IMG/VR virus record: IMGVR_UViG_2740892233_000001
Coordinates: 1-7,192 of that record
Reading direction: 5' to 3' (one strand)
DNA from: a virus
Taxonomy: Duplodnaviria; Heunggongvirae; Uroviricota; Caudoviricetes
DNA length: 7,192 nucleotides
Shown here: positions 1-6,949 of the stretch, piece after piece
Layout: each line of letters opens with the position of its first letter
Position numbering within the stretch: position 1 is the stretch's first letter
Notes under the pieces: model-generated
What the model saw: only the letters and a program-made list of their open reading frames with translations
Databases searched by the model: none
What the model was told of the DNA's origin: nothing
Translations under genes and position numbers: made by a program

Positions 1-269
1 TCACCGGCGCTGAATACACGGGCGAAGAGCTGGACAGCGATACCTGGCAGGCGGAGCTGCATATTGAAGTTTTCCTGCCTGCTCAGGTGCCGGATTCAGA
101 GCTGGATGCGTGGATGGAGTCCCGGATTTATCCGGTGATGAGCGATATCCCGGCACTGGCAGGACTGATTACCACGATGGTTACGCAGGGCTATGAGTAT
201 CGTCGTGATGACGATATGGCGTTATGGAGTTCTGCAGATCTGACTTATTCCATTACATACGAGATGTGA
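1..269 (+). CDS. U: Tail terminator protein U (gpU-like), 3' portion only; 5' end lies upstream of the window
   Basis: Reading frame is open from the window start (codons from nt 3) to TGA at 267-269. The translation (...[88 protein letters not shown]) matches the C-terminus of lambda gpU as I recall it. It sits immediately upstream of the V homolog, as in lambda. The ATG at 87 in the ORF track is internal, not the true start. Confidence 0.85.
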   Translation, partial: TGAEYTGEELDSDTWQAELHIEVFLPAQVPDSELDAWMESRIYPVMSDIPALAGLITTMVTQGYEYRRDDDMALWSSADLTYSITYEM

Positions 270-276
270 GGACGAT

Positions 277-1248
277 ATGGCAACACCAAATCCCCTTGAG
301 CCGGTAAAAGGTGCCGGTACCACTCTGTGGGTTTACAACGGCAAGGGTGATGCTTATGCAAACCCGTTGTCAGACGATGACTGGCAGCGACTGGCTAAGG
401 TGAAGGATCTGACGCCGGGCGAGATGACGGCAGAACCCTACGATGATAACTACCTGGATGATGAAGACGCGGACTGGACCGCGACCGGGCAGGGGCAGAA
501 GTCTGCAGGAGATACCAGTTTTACGCTGGCCTGGAAACCGGGAGAAGAAGGTCAGAAAGGGCTTATAGGCTGGTTTGAAAGCGGGGATGTGCGGGCCTAT
601 AAAATCCGTTTCCCAAATGGCACGGTGGATGTGTTCCGTGGCTGGGTCAGCAGTATCGGTAAGGCCGTAACGGCGAAGGAAGTGATCACCCGTACGGTGA
701 AAGTGACCAACGTGGGTAAACCTTCTGTGGCGGAAGAACGCAGCGAAATTACGCCGGTCACTGCGATTAAGGTGACGCCGACATCTGGTACGGTGGCAAA
801 AGGGAAAACAACAACCCTGACGGTTTCTTTTGAGCCGGAAAGTGCAACCGACAAAACGTTCAGAGCGGTTTCCGCCGNNNNNNNNNNGACGGCGAAAGAA
901 GTGATCACCCGCACGGTGAAAGTGACCAACGTGGGCAAACCTTCTGTAGCGGAAGAACGCAGCAAAATTACGCCGGTCACTGCGATTAAGGTGACGCCGA
1001 CATCCGGTACGGTGGCAAAAGGGAAAACAACCACCCTGACGGTTTCTTTTGAGCCGGAAAGTGCAACCGACAAAACGTTCAGAGCGGTTTCCGCCGATCC
1101 GTCAACGGGAACCATTGCTGTGAAAGATATGGCGATCACTGTGACGGGGGTTAAGGCTGGAAAAGTGAGTATCCCCGTGATTTCCGGTAATGGTCAGTTT
1201 GCCACGGTAGCTGAAGTCACCGTTACTGAAGCGGGCGCTGCAGGGTAA
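277..1248 (+). CDS. V: Major tail tube protein V (gpV-like) with C-terminal Ig-like (Big_2-type) domain; ORF length inflated by an N10 gap plus a duplicated 209-bp segment
   Basis: ATG at 277 is preceded by AGGA (269-272); stop TAA at 1246-1248. N-terminus ([49 protein letters not shown]...) and C-terminus (...FRAVSAD...[14 protein letters not shown]) are colinear with lambda gpV (246 aa in lambda). The 323-aa ORF here contains XXXX from Ns at 878-887 and a repeated [20 protein letters not shown]...FRAVSA block. Confidence 0.85.
   Translation: MATPNPLEPVKGAGTTLWVYNGKGDAYANPLSDDDWQRLAKVKDLTPGEMTAEPYDDNYLDDEDADWTATGQGQKSAGDTSFTLAWKPGEEGQKGLIGWFESGDVRAYKIRFPNGTVDVFRGWVSSIGKAVTAKEVITRTVKVTNVGKPSVAEERSEITPVTAIKVTPTSGTVAKGKTTTLTVSFEPESATDKTFRAVSAXXXXTAKEVITRTVKVTNVGKPSVAEERSKITPVTAIKVTPTSGTVAKGKTTTLTVSFEPESATDKTFRAVSADPSTGTIAVKDMAITVTGVKAGKVSIPVISGNGQFATVAEVTVTEAGAAG
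669..1096 (+). repeat. Direct repeat pair (669-877 and 888-1096, about 209 bp each) separated by N10 at 878-887, inside V; probable scaffold join
   Basis: The two copies are about 96% identical. Differences are mostly at third codon positions, with one amino-acid change (E to K). The period of 219 nt is a multiple of 3, so the frame is preserved. Confidence 0.9.
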
Positions 1249-1261
1249 ACGGAGGTAATAC

Positions 1262-1693
1262 ATGTTTCTGAAAACCGAACAATTTGAATATAACGGTGTG
1301 TCCGTCACGCTTTCCGAGCTGTCTGCGCTGCAGCGTATCGAGCATCTTGCCCTGCTGAAACGACGGGCAGAACAGGCTGAAGCCAGCGGTAACCTGCAGG
1401 TGAGCGTGGAAGACCTTGTCAGAACCGGCGCGTTTCTGGTGGCGATGTCCCTGTGGCATAACCATCCACAGAAAACGGAGTCACCATCAATGAATGAGGC
1501 TGTGATGCAGATCGAACAGGAGGTGCTCACCACCTGGCCTGCTGATGCCATTGCCCGGGCGGAAGACGTGGTGTTGCGTCTGTCCGGGATGAGCGGGGCT
1601 GTTCATGTGGATACGGATATCACCGAAGTGGCGAAAAATAACGCGCTTACTGATGATGATTTTTCTGCGGGAAAGTCTTCGACGGCGAGCTGA
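1262..1693 (+). CDS. G: Tail assembly chaperone G (gpG-like)
   Basis: GGAGG at 1251-1255, then ATG at 1262; stop TGA at 1691-1693; 143 aa. Translation (MFLKTEQFEYNGVSVTLSELSALQRIEHLALLKRRAEQAEA...) matches lambda gpG. It contains the slippery heptamer near its 3' end. Confidence 0.9.
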   Translation: MFLKTEQFEYNGVSVTLSELSALQRIEHLALLKRRAEQAEASGNLQVSVEDLVRTGAFLVAMSLWHNHPQKTESPSMNEAVMQIEQEVLTTWPADAIARAEDVVLRLSGMSGAVHVDTDITEVAKNNALTDDDFSAGKSSTAS

Positions 1694-2133
1694 ACTTTGC
1701 CCTCAGACTGGCGCGTGAGATGGGGAGACCCGACTGGCGCGCCATGCTTGCCGGGATGACATCCACCGAATATGCCGACTGGCACCGTTTTTACCGCACG
1801 CATTATTTTCAGGATACCCAGCTGGATATGCATTTTTCCGGGCTGACGTACGCTGTACTCAGCCTGTTTTTTTGCGATCCGGATATGCATCCCTCTGATT
1901 TCAGTCTGCTTGTCCCCCGGCATGAGGAAGAGCAGGTGGAGAGGCTGGATGAGGACAAAATGCTGATGCAGAAAGCGGCAGGACTTGCCGGAGGCGTCCG
2001 GTTCGGTGGGGACGGAGGGGGCGATATTTTATCGTCTGCGGATGTGGCGGATGTCATGGTGGATGATGCCGCATTAATGATGGCTTCAGCGGGGATTTCC
2101 GGAGGTGTGAGATATGTCCCAGCCGGTTGGTGA
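1262..2133 (+). CDS. GT: Tail assembly chaperone G-T fusion (gpGT-like) made by programmed -1 ribosomal frameshift at 1669-1675; the T-frame part runs 1675-2133
   Basis: G GGA AAG lies in the zero frame of G at 1669-1675. The -1 frame is open from there (GK/VFDGELNFALRLAREMGRPDWRAMLAGM...) to TGA at 2131-2133. The T-frame translation matches lambda gpT. The ATG at 1720 in the ORF track is internal to this frame and has no upstream ribosome-binding site of its own. Confidence 0.8.
1669..1675 (+). other. -1 programmed ribosomal frameshift slippery heptamer GGGAAAG (X XXY YYZ type)
   Basis: The heptamer sits in the correct phase (G GGA AAG) 18 nt upstream of the G stop codon. This is the same heptamer and arrangement as the lambda G/G-T recoding site. 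Confidence 0.8.
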
Positions 2134-4825
2134 TCTTGTTATTGACCTTAGTCTGGATGCGGTCCGTTTCGATGAGCAGATGAGCCGGGTAAGGCGTCAT
2201 TTTTCAGGTCTGGATACCGACGCCAGAAAAACCGCCAGTGCTGTTGAACAGGGCCTGAGCCGCCAGGCGCTGGCTGCACAAAAAGCCGGGATTTCCGTCG
2301 GGCAGTATAAAGCGGCCATGCGAACCCTGCCCGCACAGTTTACGGATATCGCCACGCAGCTTGCCGGTGGTCAGAATCCCTGGCTGATCCTGCTGCAACA
2401 GGGCGGTCAGGTGAAGGACTCCTTCGGCGGGATGATCCCCATGCTCAGGGGGCTTGCCGGTGCGATCACCCTGCCGATGGTCGGGGTCACCTCGCTGGCG
2501 GTGGCGACAGGTGCGCTGGCGTACGCCTGGTACCAGGGGGATTCCACGCTTTCAGCGTTTAATAAAACCCTGGTTCTTTCCGGTAATCAGTCCGGACTGA
2601 CTGCCGATCGCATGTTGACGCTCTCCAGAGCCGGACAGGCCGCAGGGCTGACGTTTAACCAGGCGAGTGAGTCACTGGCAGCCCTGGTGAATGCCGGTGT
2701 GCGTGGTGGTGAACAGTTTGATGCCATCAACCNNNNNNNNNNTATGCTGACTCTCTCAAGAGCCGGGCAGGCAGCAGGGCTGACGTTTAACCAGGCGAGA
2801 GAGTCACTGGCAGCCCTGGTGAATGCCGGTGTGCGTGGTGGTGAACAGTTTGATGCCATCAACCAGAGTGTCGCGCGTTTTGCGTCTGCATCCGGTGTGG
2901 AGGTGGATAAAGTCGCTGAAGCCTTCGGGAAGCTGACCACTGACCCGACGTCGGGACTGATGGCGATGGCGCGCCAGTTCCGTAACGTGACGGCAGAGCA
3001 GATTGCGTATGTTGCACAGCTGCAGCGTTCCGGAGACGAGGCCGGGGCATTGCAGGCGGCGAACGATATCGCCACGAAAGGCTTTGATGAGCAGACCCGT
3101 CGCCTGAAAGAAAACATGGGAACACTGGAGACCTGGGCGGATAAAACAGGGAAGGCATTCAAATCGATGTGGGATGCCATTCTGGATATCGGTCGTCCGG
3201 AATCCTCAGCGGATATGCTCGCCAGTGCGCAGAAGGCATTTGATGAGGCGGATAAAAAATGGCAGTGGTACCAGAGTCGGAGCCAGCGCCGCGGTAAAAC
3301 CTCCTCTTTCCGGGCCAACCTTCAGGGCGCATGGAATGACCGGGAAAATGCCCGTCTGGGGCTGGCAGCGGCCACGCTGCAGTCGGATATGGAAAAAGCC
3401 GGTGAACTGGCCGCCAGGGACCGGGCCGAACGGGACGCATCACAGCTGAAGTATACCGGAGAGGCGCAGAAGGCGTATGAGCGTCTGCTGACGCCGCTGG
3501 AGAAATATACCGCCCGTCAGGAAGAACTGAATAAGGCCCTGAAAGACGGGAAAATCCTGCAGGCGGATTACAACACGCTGATGGCGGCGGCGAAAAAGGA
3601 TTATGAATCGACGCTGAAAAAGCCGAAGTCGTCAGGAGTCAAAGTGTCAGCCGGTGAGCGTCAGGAAGACCAGGCGCATGCTGCCCTGCTGGCGCTTGAA
3701 ACCGAGCTCCGGACGCTGGAAAAACACAGCGGTGCGAATGGGAAAATCAGCCAGCAGCGTCGCGATTTATGGAAAGCGGAAAATCAGTATGCGGTCCTGA
3801 AAGAGGCAGCCACGAAACGGCAGTTATCTGAGCAGGAAAAATCCCTGCTGACCCATGAGAAAGAGACGCTGGAGTACAAACGCCAGCTGGCTGAGCTGGG
3901 AGACAAAGTTGAACACCAGAAACGGCTGAATGAGCTGGCACAGCAGGCTGCGCGGTTTGAGCAGCAGCAGGGCGCGAAGCAGGCGGCAATCAGTGCCCAG
4001 GCGCGGGGCCTCACCGACCGTCAGGTGCAGCGGGAGTCGGAAGAGCAGCGCCTTCGTGACGTGTACGGTGATAATCCGGATGCGCTGGCGAAGGCCACAT
4101 CTGCACTGAAGAACACCTGGTCTGCGGAGGAGCAGCTTCGTGGAAGCTGGATGGCCGGTCTGAAGTCCGGCTGGGGCGAGTGGGCAGAAAGTGCGACGGA
4201 CAGTTTTTCGCAGGTTAAAAGCGTGGCCACGCAGACCTTTGACGGTATTGCACAGAATATGGCAGCGATGCTGACCGGCAGCGAACAGAGCTGGCGTGGT
4301 TTCACCCGTTCTGTGCTCTCCATGCTGACAGAGATTTTTCTGAAGCAGGCCATGGTGGGGATTGTCGGGAGTATTGGCAGCGCCATGGGTGGTGCTTTCG
4401 GTGGTGGGGCGTCTGCCTCCACGGGGACGGCCATTCAGGCTGCGGCGGCGAACTTCCATTTCGCGACCGGAGGATTTACGGGAACCGGTGGCAAATACGA
4501 ACCTGCCGGTATTGTCCACCGCGGGGAGTTTGTCTTCACGAAGGAGGCAACCAGCCGGATTGGCGTCGGCAACCTGTATCGTCTGATGCGCGGGTATGCG
4601 GAAGGTGGTTATGTGGGCGGTGCCGGAAGTCCGGCGCAGATGCGGCGGGCGGAAGGCATTAGTTTTAATCAGAACAATCACGTGGTGATTCAGAACGACG
4701 GCACCAACGGACAGGCGGGGCCGCAGCTGATGAAGGCGGTGTATGACATGGCCCGCAAGGGGGCGCAGGATGAGATTCAGGCGCAGATGCGTGATGGCGG
4801 CGTCTTTTCCGGAGGCAGGCGATGA
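2114..4825 (+). CDS. H: Tail tape measure protein H (gpH-like); ORF length inflated by an N10 gap plus a duplicated 122-bp segment
   Basis: GGAGG at 2101-2105, ATG at 2114 (overlaps the end of the T frame by 20 nt), stop TGA at 4823-4825. Translation is colinear with lambda gpH (853 aa in lambda) at both ends (MSQPVGDLVIDLSLDAVRFDEQM... and ...GGFTGTGGKYEPAGIVHRGEFVFTKEATSRIGVGNLYRLMRGYA...). The central part is coiled-coil-like and rich in A, Q, E, K and R. The 903-aa ORF here contains XXXX from Ns at 2733-2742 and a repeated MLTLSRAGQAAGLTFNQA.ESLAALVNAGVRGGEQFDAIN block. Confidence 0.9.
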   Translation: MSQPVGDLVIDLSLDAVRFDEQMSRVRRHFSGLDTDARKTASAVEQGLSRQALAAQKAGISVGQYKAAMRTLPAQFTDIATQLAGGQNPWLILLQQGGQVKDSFGGMIPMLRGLAGAITLPMVGVTSLAVATGALAYAWYQGDSTLSAFNKTLVLSGNQSGLTADRMLTLSRAGQAAGLTFNQASESLAALVNAGVRGGEQFDAINXXXXMLTLSRAGQAAGLTFNQARESLAALVNAGVRGGEQFDAINQSVARFASASGVEVDKVAEAFGKLTTDPTSGLMAMARQFRNVTAEQIAYVAQLQRSGDEAGALQAANDIATKGFDEQTRRLKENMGTLETWADKTGKAFKSMWDAILDIGRPESSADMLASAQKAFDEADKKWQWYQSRSQRRGKTSSFRANLQGAWNDRENARLGLAAATLQSDMEKAGELAARDRAERDASQLKYTGEAQKAYERLLTPLEKYTARQEELNKALKDGKILQADYNTLMAAAKKDYESTLKKPKSSGVKVSAGERQEDQAHAALLALETELRTLEKHSGANGKISQQRRDLWKAENQYAVLKEAATKRQLSEQEKSLLTHEKETLEYKRQLAELGDKVEHQKRLNELAQQAARFEQQQGAKQAAISAQARGLTDRQVQRESEEQRLRDVYGDNPDALAKATSALKNTWSAEEQLRGSWMAGLKSGWGEWAESATDSFSQVKSVATQTFDGIAQNMAAMLTGSEQSWRGFTRSVLSMLTEIFLKQAMVGIVGSIGSAMGGAFGGGASASTGTAIQAAAANFHFATGGFTGTGGKYEPAGIVHRGEFVFTKEATSRIGVGNLYRLMRGYAEGGYVGGAGSPAQMRRAEGISFNQNNHVVIQNDGTNGQAGPQLMKAVYDMARKGAQDEIQAQMRDGGVFSGGRR
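2611..2864 (+). repeat. Direct repeat pair (2611-2732 and 2743-2864, 122 bp each) separated by N10 at 2733-2742, inside H; probable scaffold join
   Basis: About 8 mismatches in 122 bp, one non-synonymous (S to R). The period of 132 nt is a multiple of 3. Confidence 0.9.
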
Positions 4826-5151
4826 AAACATTTCGCTGGAAAGTGAAGCCGGATATGGAGGTGAACTCGCAGCCATCGGTGCGTGAAGTGCGTTTTGGTG
4901 ACGGGTATTCGCAGCGTATGGCGGCGGGGCTGAATGCTGACCTGAAAACATACCGTGTGACGCTTTCCGTGACCCGGGAGAAGGCCCGACATCTGGAGGC
5001 ATTCCTGGCAGAGCACGGTGGCTGGAAGGCGTTTCTGTGGACACCGCCTTATGCCTGGCGGCAGATAAAGGTGACCTGTGCCGCCTGGTCATCACGGGTT
5101 CGCATGCTGCGGGTTGAATTCAGCGCGGAGTTTAAGCAGGTGGTGAACTGA
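4822..5151 (+). CDS. M: Minor tail protein M (gpM-like)
   Basis: ATG at 4822 overlaps the H stop (ATGA); GGAGG at 4811-4815; stop TGA at 5149-5151; 109 aa, the same length as lambda gpM. Translation (MKTFRWKVKPDMEVNSQPSVREVRFGDGYSQR...RVEFSAEFKQVVN) matches lambda gpM. Confidence 0.9.
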   Translation: MKTFRWKVKPDMEVNSQPSVREVRFGDGYSQRMAAGLNADLKTYRVTLSVTREKARHLEAFLAEHGGWKAFLWTPPYAWRQIKVTCAAWSSRVRMLRVEFSAEFKQVVN

Positions 5152-5849
5152 TGCAGGATATTCACGAAGAAAGTCTGAACGAGTCGGTTAAATCAGAGCA
5201 GTCACCGCGGGTGGTACTCTGGGAAATCGACCTGACGGTACAGGGTGGTGAGCGGTATTTTTTCTGTAATGAGCTGAATGAAAAAGGGGAGCCGGTCACC
5301 TGGCAGGGGCGTAAGTATGAGGCATACCCGATTGACGGCAGCGGCTTTGAGATGAACGGCCGGGGCAGCAGTGCCCGCCCGTCGCTGACGGTGTCCAATC
5401 TGTTTGGCCTTGTCACCGGGATGGCGGAGGACCTGCAGAGTCTGGTGGGGGCCACGGTGGTCCGCCGCCGGGTGTATGCCCGTTTTCTGGATGCGGTGAA
5501 TTTCGTTGCGGGCAATCCGGAGGCGGACCCGGAGCAGGAGCTGAGTGACCGCTGGGTGGTGGAGCAGATGTCGCAGCTGACAGCCATGACGGCCTCGTTT
5601 GTGCTGGCTACACCGACCGAGACGGATGGGGCGCTGTTTCCCGGTCGCATCATGCTGGCGAACACCTGTATGTGGGATTACCGGGGAGATGAATGCGGGT
5701 ATAACGGTCCTGCGGTGGCGGATGAGTTCGACAACCCCACCACGGATATCCGTAAGGACAGATGCAGCAAGTGCATGCGCGGGTGTGAACTGCGCAGGAA
5801 TGTCGGCAATTTTGGCGGTTTCCTTTCCATTAATAAACTTTCGCAGTAA
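5151..5849 (+). CDS. L: Minor tail protein L (gpL-like) with C-terminal cysteine cluster
   Basis: ATG at 5151 overlaps the M stop (TGATG); stop TAA at 5847-5849; 232 aa, the same length as lambda gpL. Translation (MQDIHEESLNE...GERYFFCNELNEKGEPVTWQGRKYEAYPIDGSGFE...GNFGGFLSINKLSQ) matches lambda gpL. Confidence 0.9.
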   Translation: MQDIHEESLNESVKSEQSPRVVLWEIDLTVQGGERYFFCNELNEKGEPVTWQGRKYEAYPIDGSGFEMNGRGSSARPSLTVSNLFGLVTGMAEDLQSLVGATVVRRRVYARFLDAVNFVAGNPEADPEQELSDRWVVEQMSQLTAMTASFVLATPTETDGALFPGRIMLANTCMWDYRGDECGYNGPAVADEFDNPTTDIRKDRCSKCMRGCELRRNVGNFGGFLSINKLSQ

Positions 5850-5859
5850 ATCCCGGTTT

Positions 5860-6878
5860 ATGACACAGACTGAATCAGCGATTCTGGCGCATGCCCGGCG
5901 GTGTGCGCCTGCGGAGTCGTGCGGCTTCGTGNNNNNNNNNNCGATTCTGGCGCATGCCCGGCGGTGTGTGCCTGCGGAGTCGTGCGGCTTCGTGGTGAGA
6001 ACGCCGGAGGGGGAGCGGTATATCCCTTGTGTGAATATCTCTGCAGAGCCGGAGGCGTATTTTCGTATTGCACCGGAAGACTGGCTGCGGGCAGAGATGC
6101 AGGGTGAGATTGTGGCGCTGGTCCACAGCCACCCCGGTGGTCTGCCCTGGCTGAGCGAGGCCGACCGGCGGCTGCAGATAAAAAGTGCACTGTCCTNNNN
6201 NNNNNNATAAGCACGCCGGAGGGGGAGTGGTATATCCCTTGTGTGAATATTTCTGCAGAGCCGGAGGCGTATTTTCGTATCGCACCGGAAGACTGGCTGC
6301 GGGCAGAGATGCAGGGGGAGATTGTGGCACTGGTCCACAGTCATCCCGGTGGTCTGCCCTGGCTGAGCGAGGCCGACCGGCGGCTGCAGATAAAAAGTGC
6401 ACTGTCCTGGTGGCTGGTCTGCCGGGGGGAAATTCATAAATTCCGCTGTGTGCCACATCTGACAGGACGGCGCTTTGAGCACGGGGTGACGGACTGTTAC
6501 ACGCTGTTCCGGGATGCATACCATCTGGCGGGAATTGATATGCCGGATTTTGAGCGTGAGGATGACTGGTGGCGCAACGGTCAGAACCTTTACCTGGACA
6601 ATATGGCGGTCACCGGCTTTTACCGGGTGCCCCTGTCCTCTGCACAGGCGGGCGATATCCTGCTGTGCTGCTTTGGCGCATCGGTGGCCAATCATGCCGC
6701 CATTTACTGCGGCAACGGTGAACTGCTTCACCATCTGCCTGAACAACTGAGTAAACGGGAGAGGTATTCCGAAAAATGGCAACGACGAACGCATTCTGTC
6801 TGGCGTCACCGCCACTGGCACGCATCTGCCTTCACGGGGATTTACAACGATTTGGCCGCCGCCTCAGCCTGTACGTGA
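5860..6878 (+). CDS. K: Tail tip assembly protein K (gpK-like; N-terminal JAMM/MPN-like domain plus C-terminal NlpC/P60-like domain); reading frame interrupted by two N10 gaps with duplicated segments
   Basis: ATG at 5860 is 10 nt after the L stop (MTQTESAILAHARRCAPAESCGFV...). The HSHPGGLPWLSEAD motif (HxHx7Sx2D) is at 6124-6165. The NlpC/P60-like DCYTLF cysteine is at 6495-6497 and the NHAAIY histidine at 6693-6695. Stop TGA at 6876-6878. After removing the duplicated segments (63 nt and 212 nt) the gene would encode about 247 aa. The frame changes from 1 to 0 across the gap at 6197-6206, which is why the ORF track splits it into 5599-6210 and 6243-6878. Confidence 0.8.
5879..5994 (+). repeat. 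Direct repeat pair (5879-5931 and 5942-5994, 53 bp each) separated by N10 at 5932-5941, near the 5' end of K; probable scaffold join
   Basis: One mismatch (GCG to GTG, A to V). The period of 63 nt is a multiple of 3. Confidence 0.9.
5995..6408 (+). repeat. Direct repeat pair (5995-6196 and 6207-6408, about 202 bp each) separated by N10 at 6197-6206, inside K; probable scaffold join, frame-breaking
   Basis: About 10 mismatches, mostly synonymous (one R to W, one R to S). The offset of 212 nt is not a multiple of 3, so the K frame shifts from frame 1 to frame 0. Confidence 0.9.
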
Positions 6879-6938
6879 ACACGGCAGCGGAAGCCATCCG
6901 GGCGCTGTCGTTACAGGTGCCGGGATTCCGCCGTCAGA
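6776..6938 (+). CDS. I: Tail assembly protein I (gpI-like), 5' portion only; truncated by the N block at 6939
   Basis: ATG at 6776 is the first start after an in-frame TAA at 6752-6754, and overlaps the 3' end of K by 103 nt in a different frame. The same overlap length is annotated for lambda K/I, as far as I recall. Translation is MATTNAFCLASPPLARICLHGDLQRFGRRLSLYVNTAAEAIRALSLQVPGFRRQ. An alternative start is GTG at 6875 overlapping the K stop (GTGA). The same start region recurs at 7135-7192 in the second K fragment. Confidence 0.45.
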
Positions 6939-6949
6939 NNNNNNNNNNG

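Noticed and set aside
1720-2133. T as an independent gene starting at ATG 1720
   Set aside because: The frame is open upstream back to the slippery heptamer in G, and there is no ribosome-binding site before 1720. By analogy with lambda, T is expressed only as the G-T frameshift fusion.
2587-3318. Minus-strand ORF of 243 aa, plus other minus-strand ORFs at 597-1139, 1102-1551, 1603-1923, 3159-3443, 4021-4434 and 5875-6519
   Set aside because: All are antisense to strongly supported + strand tail genes and are low-complexity. Several span N blocks. I treat them as spurious.
3174-3449. Plus-strand alternative-frame ORFs inside H (3174-3449 and 4362-4586), inside K (6514-6750), and the small ORFs 5901-6107 and 6185-6439
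   Set aside because: They are embedded out of frame within H or K, with no ribosome-binding site and Arg/Pro-rich composition. The two small ORFs are created by the N blocks and duplicated sequence.
3824-5095. Minus-strand ORF of 423 aa
   Set aside because: It lies entirely antisense to the well-supported H and M genes. It has a Pro/Arg/Ser/Ala-rich composition typical of antisense frames in GC-rich coding DNA, no recognisable protein features and no sensible start context.
5202-6821. Minus-strand ORF of 539 aa
   Set aside because: It is antisense to L and K and runs through two N blocks (XXXX in the translation), so its length is partly an artefact of the Ns and the duplicated sequence. 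It has no recognisable features.
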